Positions 24,674 through 36,781 of a stretch of DNA of 64,000 nucleotides are shown here, piece by piece. The position numbers were made by a program, and so were the translations under genes. Position 1 is the first letter of the stretch, and each line of letters begins with the position of its first letter. The notes under the pieces are model-generated. The model saw only the letters and a program-made list of their open reading frames with translations. It made no database searches and was not told the origin of the DNA. The stretch is from contig NC_083292.1 of assembly GCF_963506605.1 (NCBI RefSeq), forward strand, positions 35,836,001-35,900,000. Direction: 5' to 3'. The stretch comes from Zootoca vivipara. Its lineage: Eukaryota.

Positions 24674-26643
24674 GACTTCCGGTTGGTCGCGTCACCATCG
24701 AGGTTGGAGGTCCGTTCAGCGGAGCGGACCTCGGCACTTTGAAGGAAGGGAATGCCGCTCCAGCGAAGCGGATTCCCTTTAAAAACCCCGAGTCGAGAGT
24801 CTTGGGGGCAGGTTCGTCTGGCGGGCGTCAAAAGCGGGCTCTCCCCCCCCCCCCCGGAAAGGCTCTGTTTTGAGCCCCCGAGAGCGGCGGGATCGGAGCT
24901 GCGACGCGACAGACAAAGACCGCTAACTTCAAAGTGCGACGCTGCGAAACCGCGAGGCACAGCGACCAATTCTCCCAAGATTTGGATCAAAACTGTAAGT
25001 TTGGACTTTGATTTGGATTTAAATTTGGACAATTGGCAAAGGGATGAGACTTAAAAAACGGGAGTCAGTCTCTACCCATTGATGAGCTGGAGGCAGTGCT
25101 TTAGCCCGAAGCCAGAGAAAAGGATACAGAGTTTCAAAATCCCCAAGGAAAAACTATAACTTCCCCACCTAAGGCAGGGCTAAGGGGGGAAGAGTGGAAC
25201 AATATTGACCCTGCAAAAGCAATTGAAATACGTGGGAGAAACCCCTTCTCAACCCGGGACTCGGCACCCCAGGAGATTCAGCGAAATTTTTATGAAAGGA
25301 AAGGTTGACAGCTGTCAACAATAAAGTTAAAACGGTTTGCGATGAAAAAAGAAGAGATTAATTGATTGGATTTTAAGAACTGTGAAAATTATTTTTCAGC
25401 CATGTTGGATTTTTTTTTTTTTTGGAGTGGGACTTTTGAGTCTCCATTGCTCCTTGTCTTCTAATCTCCCTGCTGCCCTTGAGTGAGAAAGAATGTCAAC
25501 ATCCGGAACATCTGTTTTCCAGAGGACAGTGTTAAAATTGCTTGGAAACCTTATAGATGGGCAACAACAGCTTAGAGCTCAGCTAAGAGACGTCAGTGAA
25601 CAGTGTCAGGAACTGAATAAAACTTTGCAGAATGAGATTAACAATGGAAAATTAATCCCTGAAGACAGAAGGCAAGAATACACAGAAGAAGAAGGAAATG
25701 CCCAACAAGGAGAAGAGAAGGACCAGGACTTCATGGATAGTTCTGATCCTCTGGAATGGGAAAAACAAGAACTGGAATTGATTTCATGGGAAATGTGGGA
25801 AAATGTGAATAGGCAAGGAAAAGAGTGTGGGAAAATGGAGGGACAGAGGGAGGGGAAGGCAGGTGCATGGGTGGTAAAATGGGAAAGAATGGGAGTGGGA
25901 TGAAAAAAATTTGAATTAAAAGTAAGGCAGGAAAAAATGGATATGGATTTTGGTTTATATTAAGGAATATGAATTTGGATTATAATTTGGAATTGCTGTA
26001 TTAAAATGGGGGAAAGGGTCTGGGGTGGAGGAGGTGGTAGTAAATAATTAAGGATAGAAGAAAATATATGAATTAGGAAGGATTAAATCTAGGAAAATTT
26101 CTTGGGGGAAGACTAGGCTAGGGAGAAAAAATATGAGGTTGATTTAAAAAAAATGTTTATTTGAAGGTTATAAGTTGAAATCAGGGCATATGAATTGTTT
26201 GTTTAGATAAATAGCTTGGGGGCCTGCTCTCCCTTTCTCCCCCGCTGTTCCAGGGCCTCTTGGTGGCAGAGAGAGGTTCTGGGGGCGGGAGGGGGGGGAG
26301 TGATAAACCAAGCTATAAAAGGAAACATCTTTAACTGCTCGTCACCCATGGGCCTACTCGTGGCAGGGGGGGCACTGTGGGTTGGAGGGGTGGGAGAAGA
26401 TGGATTTTATGTTAATTGAAATAAGAGGTAATGTGAAATGATAATGATATGCTGTATGAATTTAGGTTTAAAGACTATGAGCTGAATTGCTACAATGAAA
26501 TTGCAATGATTGAGTAGGAGAAGATATGAAAATCAATGGGGAAAGATGAGGGGAAGTCACAAAAACAATGTTAACTAAAAGAGGATGAATATGTTTTGTT
26601 TTATTTTGTAAAATTAATAAAAATTATATTTAAAAAACAACAA
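24674..26643 (+). mobile_element. Non-autonomous L1-like retroposon (~1.97 kb, left arm only)
   Basis: Starts GACTTCCGGTTGG, CpG-rich 5' region, AATAAA plus A/CAA tail, 17-bp TSD CAAATGACCTGGAAGCT (24657-24673, 26644-26660); no RT/EN. Confidence 0.75.
25493..25903 (+). CDS. Putative 136-aa ORF of the retroposon (coiled-coil-like N-half, acidic C-half)
   Basis: Intact ATG-to-stop ORF; heptad-like LIDGQQQLRAQLRDVSEQCQELNKTLQNEI; no family recognised. Confidence 0.35.
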   Translation: MSTSGTSVFQRTVLKLLGNLIDGQQQLRAQLRDVSEQCQELNKTLQNEINNGKLIPEDRRQEYTEEEGNAQQGEEKDQDFMDSSDPLEWEKQELELISWEMWENVNRQGKECGKMEGQREGKAGAWVVKWERMGVG

Positions 26644-27662
26644 CAAATGACCTGGAAGCTATACGCCGGCTCCCTCAGCCAATAAAGTGAGATGAACGCT
26701 GCAACACCAGAGTCGTCTGCGACTGGACCTAATGGTCAGGGATCCCTTTACCTTGAATCCAAATTTGAAGTCCCCGCCCCCATTGCTGAGCAGACCATCT
26801 TAAAAAACAGTGATACCTCTCTCTTGATTTCTTAGTTCTAGGCCTTATCAATATTCTCTGTTGGTAAGTAGTCCCATGATATCTCTTTCACCTTCTCCAA
26901 CATTCAAGGGTTCTGATGATATTAAGGTGGCAAGTTCTGGAAATTCTTGCTGCACTGTTAACAGGATGGTGAGCGCTTGAACCAATCCAAGAAGATATGT
27001 TTTATGGTCTTATGGTTGTGATCCTGAACTGGCTTACTTTTGAGTAAGTTGCATTGAAAGGAACTTATTTATTGGTAGACATGTATATCATTGTGCTGCC
27101 ACATAAAACAAAACCAGGAAGCCAGTGCTATGATGCAGAAAAAGTTTTATTGGGAATTTCAAACAATAAAAGTATTCAAGTGAATACTAAGCATATTGGA
27201 AAACAATTAAGCAAATATGAACGCATTTCAGCGAACAGCTTCTCGTTTAGAATTATTTTTTCAGGCTGGAGGAAGAGTAGGGGGTTCTACATTTATAGAA
27301 CATTCTTTCCACCTTCCTTTACATTAAGTCTCAATTATACATATATACACTTGGGTGCTAATTTCATGGACATAGTGAATGGATCTTGTGCTTTTCTTCC
27401 TGATGGGAATTGGTGTGCTTCAAAGAGATGTAGGCAAATAAATATCATAAAGGAAAGTAACAAGCAGGGGAAAGTAAGGTAAAATTAAACTGGAAACAGC
27501 TGCATGTTCTAGATGGGCCTGATTACAAGGGATGCAGAACACTCTCCCAGCTCCCCTTGGGATTGCCTAGGGAGTTAGGGTGCTCAGCATATCTAAAATC
27601 AGACCTAAATAGTCCACCCCAGAGCTCTTTTTCTTTCCTCCTTGCTGACAGACTGTGAGAGC

Positions 27663-28172
27663 TTAGCAGGGGGTATAGCAGATGCTGCCTCTACGCCCCA
27701 CAAACCCATAACGGCCACGGCCCCCCAAAGCCCCAGAGCTAGACCCCAGAAGACCTGCACCACCATAGAGGCCTCTGCCAAATCCACTGCCAAATCCGCT
27801 GCCAAATCCGGATCCATAGCCACCAGCAGCACATGGGGTGTTGCCTCCGACAGACACAGGCTCGCAACTGGCAGAGAGGATGGGTCCTGGGATGGTCACG
27901 ATGGAGGCGGGTGGCTGGATCACGACCTCTGCTGGTGGGATCTGGTTGACGCATGAAGGCTGGACTCCAGAAAGAATACCAAGACTAGCAGAAGGGACAC
28001 CGGATCCAACCAGGGCACCGGAGCCAAAGCCATAGCCAGAACCATAGCCAAATCCACCGCCAAGGCCACCGCCAAGGCCACCGCCAAAGCCACCAAGACC
28101 GGCTGATCCAAAACCAACGACTGGGGTGGAAGCACAAGATGGGACAGCGCAGGATGGTCCACAGGAAGCCAT
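27663..28172 (-). CDS. Corneous beta-protein g4, Gly-rich, 169 aa (true start MASCG)
   Basis: CBP core CVNQIPPAEVVIQPPASIVTIPGPILSASCEPVSVGG; acceptor TTCCAG ending 28181; AATAAA 27151-27146. Confidence 0.95.
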   Translation of the reverse strand: MASCGPSCAVPSCASTPVVGFGSAGLGGFGGGLGGGLGGGFGYGSGYGFGSGALVGSGVPSASLGILSGVQPSCVNQIPPAEVVIQPPASIVTIPGPILSASCEPVSVGGNTPCAAGGYGSGFGSGFGSGFGRGLYGGAGLLGSSSGALGGRGRYGFVGRRGSICYTPC

Positions 28173-28934
28173 GGTTGAGTCTGGAAAGACATAGGCAGGC
28201 ACATATGTAACATCATATCCAAGAAACAAGCAATGAAAACTATGGGTTGCATCCAACTACCAATCATGAGTAGACATGTCCATTGATTTAAATGGGTCTC
28301 ATGGAAAAACTTTGAATACATGGAGAAACATGGAATACAGCCCTAAGTATTCTAAGTGACACAGTATATCTAGAGAGGGAAAGACCAAACCATATAATGA
28401 GCATCTTCATTCTCCCCCCCTTCATGTTTGATCAGAAGCTGGTGTTGCCAGTCTTCTGAGGCCAGTAGGGACATTTTATTCTTGCCAATAGTTCCCATGG
28501 AGGGAGGGGAGGGGTGGCCTATCAGAAATTGGCTGCCATATCTGAATGACCAGCAAAAGCGGTAGGGACATTATTTTAGTTCAACAACACCTATGGACTC
28601 AAGGTTGAAACACTGGTGCAGGGAGTTCTGACCAAATGTTCTAATGGCCAATCCCATGATGGTTATGCTCTGCCTCACCAGTTACAAGCAGCATGCTTCT
28701 GCATACCAGTTGCTGGAAACTCCAGAAGGGGAGATTGCCATTGCATGTGGGTCTTACGGGTGGGTTTTCAACAGGCATCTGATTGGCTTGTGTGGGAACA
28801 GGATCCCAATCTAGATGGGCCATTTGCCTGATCGAACAGCAGCTCTTCTTAAAACTTGCAACATATACAATGTTCAGACTATTTACTGAGGTTGTTTCAG
28901 TGAGTATAGTGGTGAAAACACAGCATAGAATGGA

Positions 28935-29139
28935 ATAAAATAAAAAAATTCCTTCAGTAGCACCTTAAAGACCAACTAAGTTTTTATTTTGCTATGAGCT
29001 TTCGTGTGCATGCACACTTCTTCAGTGTGCATGCACACGAAAGCTCATACCAAAATAAAAACTTAGTTGGTCTTTAAGGTGCTACTGAAGGAATTTTTTT
29101 GTTTTACTTCGATCCAGACCAACACGGCTACCTACCTGT
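28935..29139. mobile_element. Penelope-like derived hairpin element in g4 intron
   Basis: 77-bp arms 28942-29018 / 29024-29100, reptilian Penelope-type end CAGACCAACACGGCTACC, 13-bp TSD AGCATAGAATGGA. Confidence 0.7.
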
Positions 29140-29443
29140 AGCATAGAATGGAGTTAGACACTATGCAAAAGCTTCATTTAAGTTGTATTAACTGGACTCA
29201 GGATGTCATTGGCACCTCCCCTACAATAGTCTAGGGTAGGAATGGGAACTCAGAAGATGCTCCTGTTCCATCTGCCTGAAAATCAAATGATCTACCATTG
29301 AGCTATACCCCTCACTGAGGTTTCCGAAAGGCTGGCATTCCCATCCCTACCTTGGAGATGCCAGGGATTGAACTGGGAACCTTCTGCCTGCCCAGCAGAT
29401 GCTCTACCCCAGAGCTACAGCCCTTCCCTTAAGGATGACTTAC

Positions 29444-29528
29444 CTGTCTCTTGGAGGAGCTGGAGATGAATGAGAAGGTTTGTCAGGTGAAGCTGTAGAG
29501 AGAACCTGGAATGGCATGAGCTTTTATA
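29444..29528 (-). promoter_or_regulatory. g4 core promoter and non-coding exon 1 (unique type)
   Basis: TATAAAA 29528-29522, ACAGCTT starting 29496, donor CAG|GTAAGT at 29444/29443. Confidence 0.8.
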
Positions 29529-31513
29529 CCATTTTTCCAGAAGCAGTGCCAGTTAGGAAACGCCCCATGACGCTCAGAGGCTTTAAACAGCGGCAAACAA
29601 ATTTCTTTTTATGCATCATGAGATCTCGTTAATGCTATTACTCACAACATGTGAGGGAAATAATTAACAACTTGTCAGTGTCCCCCCCCCCTCTCACTCC
29701 CAGAATGGCTTATGGGCATTTCTAGTACACTTTTTCCTTTTCCCGCCCATCATCTGATCCTCCTGGGGAATGTTATGAAATGATTATGTATCTTCATCAA
29801 TCAACATTGGTGCTCCACCATTCCAGGTGTCATAGTTCAGTGGTAGAGCACCTGCTCTGTATGAAGAAGGTTGCCAGGTTCAATCCCTGGCATCTCCAGG
29901 TAGGGATGGGAATGTCCATTCTGAAATCCTGGACAGTTGCCCCCGGTCAGTGTAGACCAGGGGTGGGGAATTCTCCCTATTTGGTTCCATCTTCCAGCAC
30001 CAATGCCAAGTACATCTTTTGAATGCAGAAGCTCTCAGATTCAACCCCTAACTTTTCCAGGTAGTGCTGAGAGAAACCACCATACGGAACCCTGGGTCAC
30101 CACTGCCAATCAGCATAGAAAATACGAGCTAGAACCAATGGCTTGCCTAGAACCAATGGTCTGACTTGATCTAAGGCAGCTTCCTATATTTCTATAAACA
30201 TTTTCTTTGAAACTTTGACACTGTGGGAGCAGTCTGCCTAAGGGCCCCTTGCTTGGCTGGCTTACCCAGACTGGCATTTGTGGCAGGAGGAGAGTAAACA
30301 CCCATTGACACACATGCAAATAAAACATACAAAAATATGATTGAAATAATTGAAATAGTCAGGCTTCTCTCCAGCTCTATGTTTTATGTTCGCCTTAGAA
30401 TATTTGGCATGTGCCATTAAAGACACGAATACCTCAATTTCACTGGATCTACCCTTGGTATGTCTTCATTGGTTCTAGGGATAAGTGAAGCTATCCATTT
30501 CAGTCTCTCCTTTATCCAATGCTAAGTTCCGTTATCCAAATTTCTATATAAAGTTGTGAAATTATTATTATTAATTATCATTATCATCATTTAAAAAAAG
30601 CACCTTCAGGAAAATTCATCAGCATTTTAATGCACATTGCTCTGAACTTACATACAATATACAAAAGAGTGTTTTCCCCAGTCTTTATATTTTCCTTTGT
30701 CTAATGCATGTTTGCATGTTATTTTTTTTCCAGGAATGTAAGCATTCACCCGCATTTTACAGGTATTTCTAATTTTGTATGTGTGATGCCAGTTGTTTGA
30801 TGATGGTAATTTTGTATGCATTACTTAGCTGGAGAACAGCACTGCAAAATTCAGAGAAGTGCAAATTTCGGAGTATGCTTTGCTGATTGTTTCAGCAATG
30901 TGATTTAGGTAGGCTTCCCTTTAAATGTGATCTGTGCCAATTTTCTCTCCCATACCTAGAAGGGATTCATCTTTTAAAAATAAATAAAAATAAAACAACC
31001 CCAATTTGCATAGTGTGGGTGGGAGATCTTGAGGGGCACATCTTCTGGGGGACAAAGCACACACACGAAATACCTTGCCTCTTCATTCATTTCCTTTTCT
31101 CATTCTCAGCATGAATGAGAAATGCCTCTTCATTCATTTCCTTTTCTCATTCTCAGCAAAACAAAATCAAACTCAGACAATCCACGTGTTTGGGGGTGCC
31201 CTGGAGCTTAAACATGGTGACGTACCTGCTGTTTAATTTGCTTGTTTCTGTCAAACTAATTTTGAGAGATCAGAACCCCGATTAAGGGAATGAGCACTCT
31301 AATTATACTGGTAAGAAACCTGTCCTGCCCGAAATCTAAAATGATTAATATTAATTTCCACATATCAGTGCATCAGCAGCCTGTCTTGTGTTTGTGTGTG
31401 TGTGTGCATGTGTGAAAGAGAGAAAGAAGAGTCAAGTTACAAAATGATGCTCTGTTGACTTGATCTTTATCATTTGCAACTTAGCTGTCAAGGCAGCATC
31501 AAGTTAATGACAG

Positions 31514-31514
<1 letters not shown>

Positions 31515-31594
<80 letters not shown>
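31515..31594. repeat. (CT)n microsatellite
   Basis: Direct read. Confidence 0.95.
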
Positions 31595-31597
<3 letters not shown>

Positions 31598-31981
31598 CAG
31601 GAGAGAGTAGCTTAGAGAGTAGCTTGGAAGAAATAGTTTACCCAAGGTAACAATAATCTATAACTCATCCAGCTGGCCTCTTTTACATCATTATGGTTCT
31701 TCAACCCCAGCATCTTCTTCACAAATGTAAGAAAAGGCCTGCTAGCTCAGACCAAAAGCCCATCTAGTCCCATGGCATACCCTCCAACATTTCTCAGATG
31801 AACATTGGTACGTTCTGTTCTACACCAGGAAGCTTCTCCCATGTTTGATCTCCCACCCACATATGCGTCATATATACATATACATCTGCCACCTTGAGCC
31901 ACTTACAACCTCTCTGCCAGGGAAGGGGAAGTGGTAGAGGAAGTGTAGAAGTGTGATCAGTCCTCCCTTTATATTGAGGCC

Positions 31982-32620
31982 ATGACGTATAGCTGCGCAG
32001 AAGCAGTGTTCGCTCAGAGATTGGGGGATATCGCCAGACAGGAGGACATAGCCCGTGTGGAATCTGGGATGTTTTTAGGGGAGCAGGTGTATCGGGCTGC
32101 ACCAGCCCGTTACCTGGCGGATAGCCACTACATGGAATACCACAGAGTACTTACTGTGGCCAGACTGAATGTTCTTGATTCGGCGGTTTTGAGGGGAAGA
32201 TTTGGAGGAGTCCCATACGGTCAGAGAATGTGCCATTGTGCCTTAGGTGAGGTAGAATCCACAGAACACATTTTACTGAGTTGTCCCTTTTATAATGATT
32301 TAAGGCAATATCTTATAACCCCATATTTATCTCAGTTTAGTTCCCGACTAAGAGAATGGCAGGCAGCATATTTGCTAAACAACCCCACTGGGAAAATACC
32401 CTTCTCGGTGGCTAAATTCCTCTTCCTGGCGCTCAAGTGTCGGAAACGTATAATCGAATGCCTTGATGTGGGTTACCTTTAGGAGGTTCAGTAGTGCGGT
32501 CATACTTCATTTATGTATCCCTCTGATGCCTTCAGTTTTATATTTTTATATTTGTATTGAGAAATGTTTTTTCTTTCTGTCTATCGGTCGAATAAAGTAT
32601 ATTGTATTATTGTATTGTAA
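31982..32620 (+). mobile_element. Non-LTR retrotransposon 3' fragment (RTE-X-like)
   Basis: C-terminal zinc-knuckle RMCHCALGEVESTEHILLSCPFY, AATAAA and (TATTG)n tail. Confidence 0.65.
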
Positions 32621-33019
32621 CCTTTCCACCAAATCTACCTTGCAAGATTGTTGAAAAGAAAAAATGTGTGAGGGAAGATATCATGTGGAACACCTTCAAC
32701 AGATACTGTAAATGGAGCAGAATAAAATTGTAGCTGTGAGCTGCCTTTAGTCCTTGTTAGGGGGAAAAGACACAACAACAACAACAACAACCAACAGAAA
32801 CTTTGAGAATGATCAGGAACACACCAGGGAGCAAATCCTATTGACCTTAGTTCTTTAAAAAATAATAATATTTATTATGCAATACAGACACTGGAAAGAA
32901 AAGCATTAAGTTCATGGTGTTATTTTATATGATCTTAATGTTGGAAAATGCCCTGGGAAGGCTGCAAACTTCCCATGTCTCCGGAGCATTCCCGGTGGCT
33001 CTCTCTGGCTGTAAAGCAG

Positions 33020-33158
33020 ATGTCAAGGCAATAAGTAACTATTTTACTTTTAGAAGACAACTGAAGGCGGCCCTGTTTAGGGAAGTTTTTAATGTCTGAT
33101 GCTGTACTGTTTTTAATATTCGGTTGGAAGCCGCCCAGAGTGGCTGGGGTATAAATAA

Positions 33159-33205
<47 letters not shown>
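33020..33205 (+). mobile_element. L2 LINE 3' end with (ATT)n tail
   Basis: FRRQLKAALFREVF; GGAAGCCGCCCAGAGTGGCTGGGG. Confidence 0.75.
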
Positions 33206-33207
<2 letters not shown>

Positions 33208-33579
33208 TCCTTCAGTCCAGAGCAGCAGGTGATAAACGACTCTTCTCCTCTGAAAAGAGCAGGCCAGACTTCCGGCATATCGTAGCAGAAGAAAGACTCA
33301 TTTGTAGTTCTAAAACTACTTTATTTACAGTCTTATATACAGAGGCTCTATCAGTACGTCTGTGCTCTTTGAACACCAGTACTTTACTGCGTAGTTACAC
33401 AAAAGTGATCAACCCCCCCCCCCACATACATTAAATAAAATAGAAACATCATCACCGACCCCACCCCCACCCATTTACCCCCCATCTACCTCTTTCCCCC
33501 TTCTCTTCCCAATGTCTCAACAAATGAAACTGACCTGTAAAAATGCTACAAGAGACATTGCACATACTTTTGTAAATCA

Positions 33580-34265
33580 AAAGGAGAGGAGATATGATAG
33601 CCATCTTCAAATAACTCAAGGGCTGTCACATGGAAGATGGAGCAGACTTGTTTTCTCCTGTTCCAGAGGGTAGGACATGAACGAATGGCTTCAAGTTACA
33701 AGAAAGAACATTCCAACTAAATATCAGGAAGAACCTTCTGAAAGTAAGAGCTGTTTGACAGTGGAACAGTTTCTCTTGAGGTTATTGGACTTTCCTTCCT
33801 TGGAGGTTTTTAAGCAGAGGTTGGATGGCCACCTGTCATGGATGCTCTAGCTGAGATTCCTTCATTGCCGGGAGTTGTTCAAGATGACCCTGTTGTGTCG
33901 TGGCTTAAGAAGTCCAGATACACATCTTCAATAGAACAGTTCTTTATTCAGGGCAAAACAGGACTGACTCTGAGGGCAGGAAGGCTACATTTATAGGGAC
34001 AGGGAACTAGGGAGTGGACAGGATACATTTTGGAGGGAACAATATCAGGCAATCCCAGTGCTGCCTTTTGGAGGGAACCAATAAGACAGTGGATCCAAAT
34101 ACAGCAGCTTAAATGAACCAATAGTAGCTGTACCTTCTGGAACCAAAAGGCAGTTACTTAACCCTAAAGCACATACAGACAATAGTAATGCAGATATAAA
34201 ATGCTTTGACTCAATACACAACAGACCCTTTGGGGGTCCTTTCCAATGCTATGCTTTTATGATTC
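33580..34265 (+). mobile_element. CR1 3' fragment split by a solo LTR
   Basis: Homologous to 20900-21236. Confidence 0.75.
33891..34223 (-). mobile_element. Solo LTR (333 bp)
   Basis: TGTTGTGT...ACACAACA termini, 5-bp TSD GACCC; minus-strand TATAAAT (33995-33989) and AATAAA (33948-33943). Confidence 0.8.
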
Positions 34266-34618
34266 CCCTGCTAGACATGGGAGGGGCCCCTTTCCGGATC
34301 CTCCCATCCACCTGGAAGTTTGGCTGTGCACCAGCTCCTCTCGTCAGGTGATGCCAATGGAAAGCTGCATCACACCACCAGGTGCCTCTCTTCTCTCATT
34401 CAGCAGGAGGGGAGATGTTCCACAGAGTTTTGACACCAGTCCTATTCTGCCCGCAGACTAGAGGCTGGGGAGACCAGTGGCAAAGCTGTGTGAGCTCTGC
34501 TTGCATATGCGAGACACCCTTTTCAGTGTAATTTTTGCTTGCTGCTTGTAGGAAACCTTGAGAATTGTGTAATTCACAAATCAGAAATATTTGTCAAGAA
34601 AAATCAAGGAAGAATGAT

Positions 34619-35060
34619 TAATAATAATAATAATAATTTATTATTTATACCCCACCCATCTGGCTGGGTTTCCCCAGCCACTCTGGGCGGCTTCCAACAG
34701 AAAAATGAAATGAAATAATCGATTAAAGATTAAAAGCCTCCCTAAACTGGGCTGCCTTCAGATGTCTTCTAAAAATCTGGTAGCTGTTTTTCTCTTTGAC
34801 ATCTGATGGGAGAGCGTTCCACAGGGTGGGCACCACTACCGAGAAGGCCCTCTGCCTGGTTCCCTGCAACTTGGCTTCTCGCAATGAGGGAACCACCAGA
34901 AGACCCTTGGTGCTGGACCTCAGTGTCCAGGCAGAACCATGGAGGTGGAGACGTTCCTTCAGGTATACTGGACCAAGGCCATTTAGGGCTTTAAAGGTCA
35001 GCACCAACACTTTGAATTGTGCTCGGAAACGTACTGGGAGCCAATGTAGATCTTTCAAGT
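34619..35060 (-). mobile_element. L2 LINE 3' fragment
   Basis: LHWLPVRFRAQFKVLVLTFKALNGLGPVYL...RAFSVVVPTLWNALP typical L2 ORF2 end. Confidence 0.9.
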
Positions 35061-35989
35061 AGATTAAGTACAACCTGTGCAAACTTTAAGCTTGTCTTGC
35101 ATTAAAACCTGGGAAAAACACATTCAGATCATTTGAATTAAATAAACCAAGCATTTTAACAAGCACACACTACAATTTTCTTTATGGGCAAATAATTACA
35201 AGCAGGGCAAAGCGGCTCAATTAATGCTGGAATGCAAGATTGCATGGGGTCATGGCACTTAACTTGCTTTGTTGGTTTCTTCTGATCTTGTCAACGATTT
35301 TGGAAAGCCGACAAGAATCCTCTAGCAGGAAACCCAAACAGCCAACACCTGGTACCTGACACCAGCGGAAGGCATCAAAGCATGGAGATGATCCTCTAGC
35401 CACAAAGTTGCTTGTGGGGTTTTTTCCTGTTAAGATTGCTGACTCTGGAATTGCCCTGTGAGGTTCACACTATTCAGCTGATCAGGCGCCACCAGTGCCG
35501 GATGTACGCATAAGCTAAGCAAGCTATAGCTTAGGGCCCCACTCTCTTGGGGGCCCCCCAAAAAATTAAAGGAAAAAAAAACCTGGGTGTACATTTCCAA
35601 AATATAAGATAAAAAACAAATAAGGTCTGCTGTCCCAATGAACAGTGTGGACTACTATGGTGATACTGATATTATATAAAAATGCATTGTATTAACTACA
35701 ATTGCATTGTACAGGTTATAACACTTAATTTCATATTAATATACTGTAGCTATTTAGAATGATTCGTAGTTTGCATCATATATTTACACCTATTATTATT
35801 TCATGTTATAGCAAGTTTCTAGAGACTGGATTATGAGCCTTTGTAAATTGCGTTTCTAAAGGAACTTTTGTTATTGCCAAATGCCAATGTGTTTGCCTTA
35901 TTAAGTTTGTTATGAATAAGAAATCCTTTTAAGTTAGAGCTTAATTTAACTATTAATATACTTCTTCTTAATTGTATTTCACTATTAAT

Positions 35990-36078
35990 CATAGCTGCCA
36001 AGTTATCCCTTTTTTAAGGGATTTTCCCTTATGCTGAATAGGCTTCCTCGCGAGAAAAGGGAAAACTTGGCAGCTATG
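35990..36078. mobile_element. 89-bp mini hAT MITE
   Basis: Perfect TIR CATAGCTGCCAAGTT, 8-bp TSD CTATTAAT; empty site at ~62627-62634. Confidence 0.85.
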
Positions 36079-36415
36079 CTATTAATATACTTCTTAATTG
36101 TATTTCAGTTCAACAATTACTTTTATAAAATACATATTTTGTTATGTGCAAATGGCTTTAGATACCTATTAGGTCCATAAACTATCATAAAGCATATATT
36201 CAACACACACAAAAAAAAACAGCGAAACAGTGGAATGGAAGACTATGAATTTCAATCTCTCTCCGTTTCTCATATCCCCCATCTTAAGTTCAATTCATCT
36301 GAATCAGTCTGCATTTTCCCCTGAAAATAAGCCATAGTGTGTTTTTTTGAGGAAAAAATAAATATAAGACGTGTCTTATAATATGAGAAGCACAGTATAT
36401 AGGTGAAGCATCATT

Positions 36416-36781
36416 AAAGGTAAAGGTACCCCTGTCCGTTAGATCCGGTCATGGACGATTCTGGGGTTATGCACTCATCTTGCTCTATAGGCTGAGGGAG
36501 CCAGCGTTTGTCCGCAGACAGCTTCTGGGTTATGTGGCCGGCATGACTAAGCCGCTTCTGGTAAACCAGAGCAGTGCACAGAAACGCCGTTTACCTTCCC
36601 GCCGGAGCGGTACCTATTTATCTACTTGCACTTGACGTACTTTAGAACTGCTAGGTGGACAGCAGCTCGGACCGAACAATGGGAGGTCACCCAGTTGCGG
36701 GGATTCGAACTGCCAACCTTCCGATCAGCAAGCCCTAGGCTCTGTGGTTTAGACCACAGTACAACCCGTGTCCCGCATTTA
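36416..36781 (-). mobile_element. Sauria SINE
   Basis: Head/tail motifs, TSD AAGCATCATT; mirror 61834-62198. Confidence 0.9.

Larger units (their letters stand above)
24575..26755 (-). mobile_element. Sauria SINE, head-truncated and split by a 2-kb insertion
   Basis: SINE sequence at 24575-24673 resumes at 26661-26755; intact mirror copy 42689-43037. Confidence 0.8.
9437..28299 (+). repeat. Left arm of ~19-kb inverted segmental duplication (contains g2, g3, g4 coding exon)
   Basis: Reverse complement of 39382-58342; many near-identical mirror ORFs in the ORF track (e.g. 17419..17772- vs 50304..50657+, 22618..22899- vs 45137..45418+). Confidence 0.95.

Noticed and set aside
29825-29900. tRNA-like sequence near the g4 promoter (also ~20750-20810, 29360-29420)
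   Set aside because: Degenerate tRNA-derived SINE heads without an intact cloverleaf
31076-31158. 36-bp direct repeat with short spacer (CRISPR-like appearance)
   Set aside because: Only two copies in eukaryotic DNA; simple local duplication
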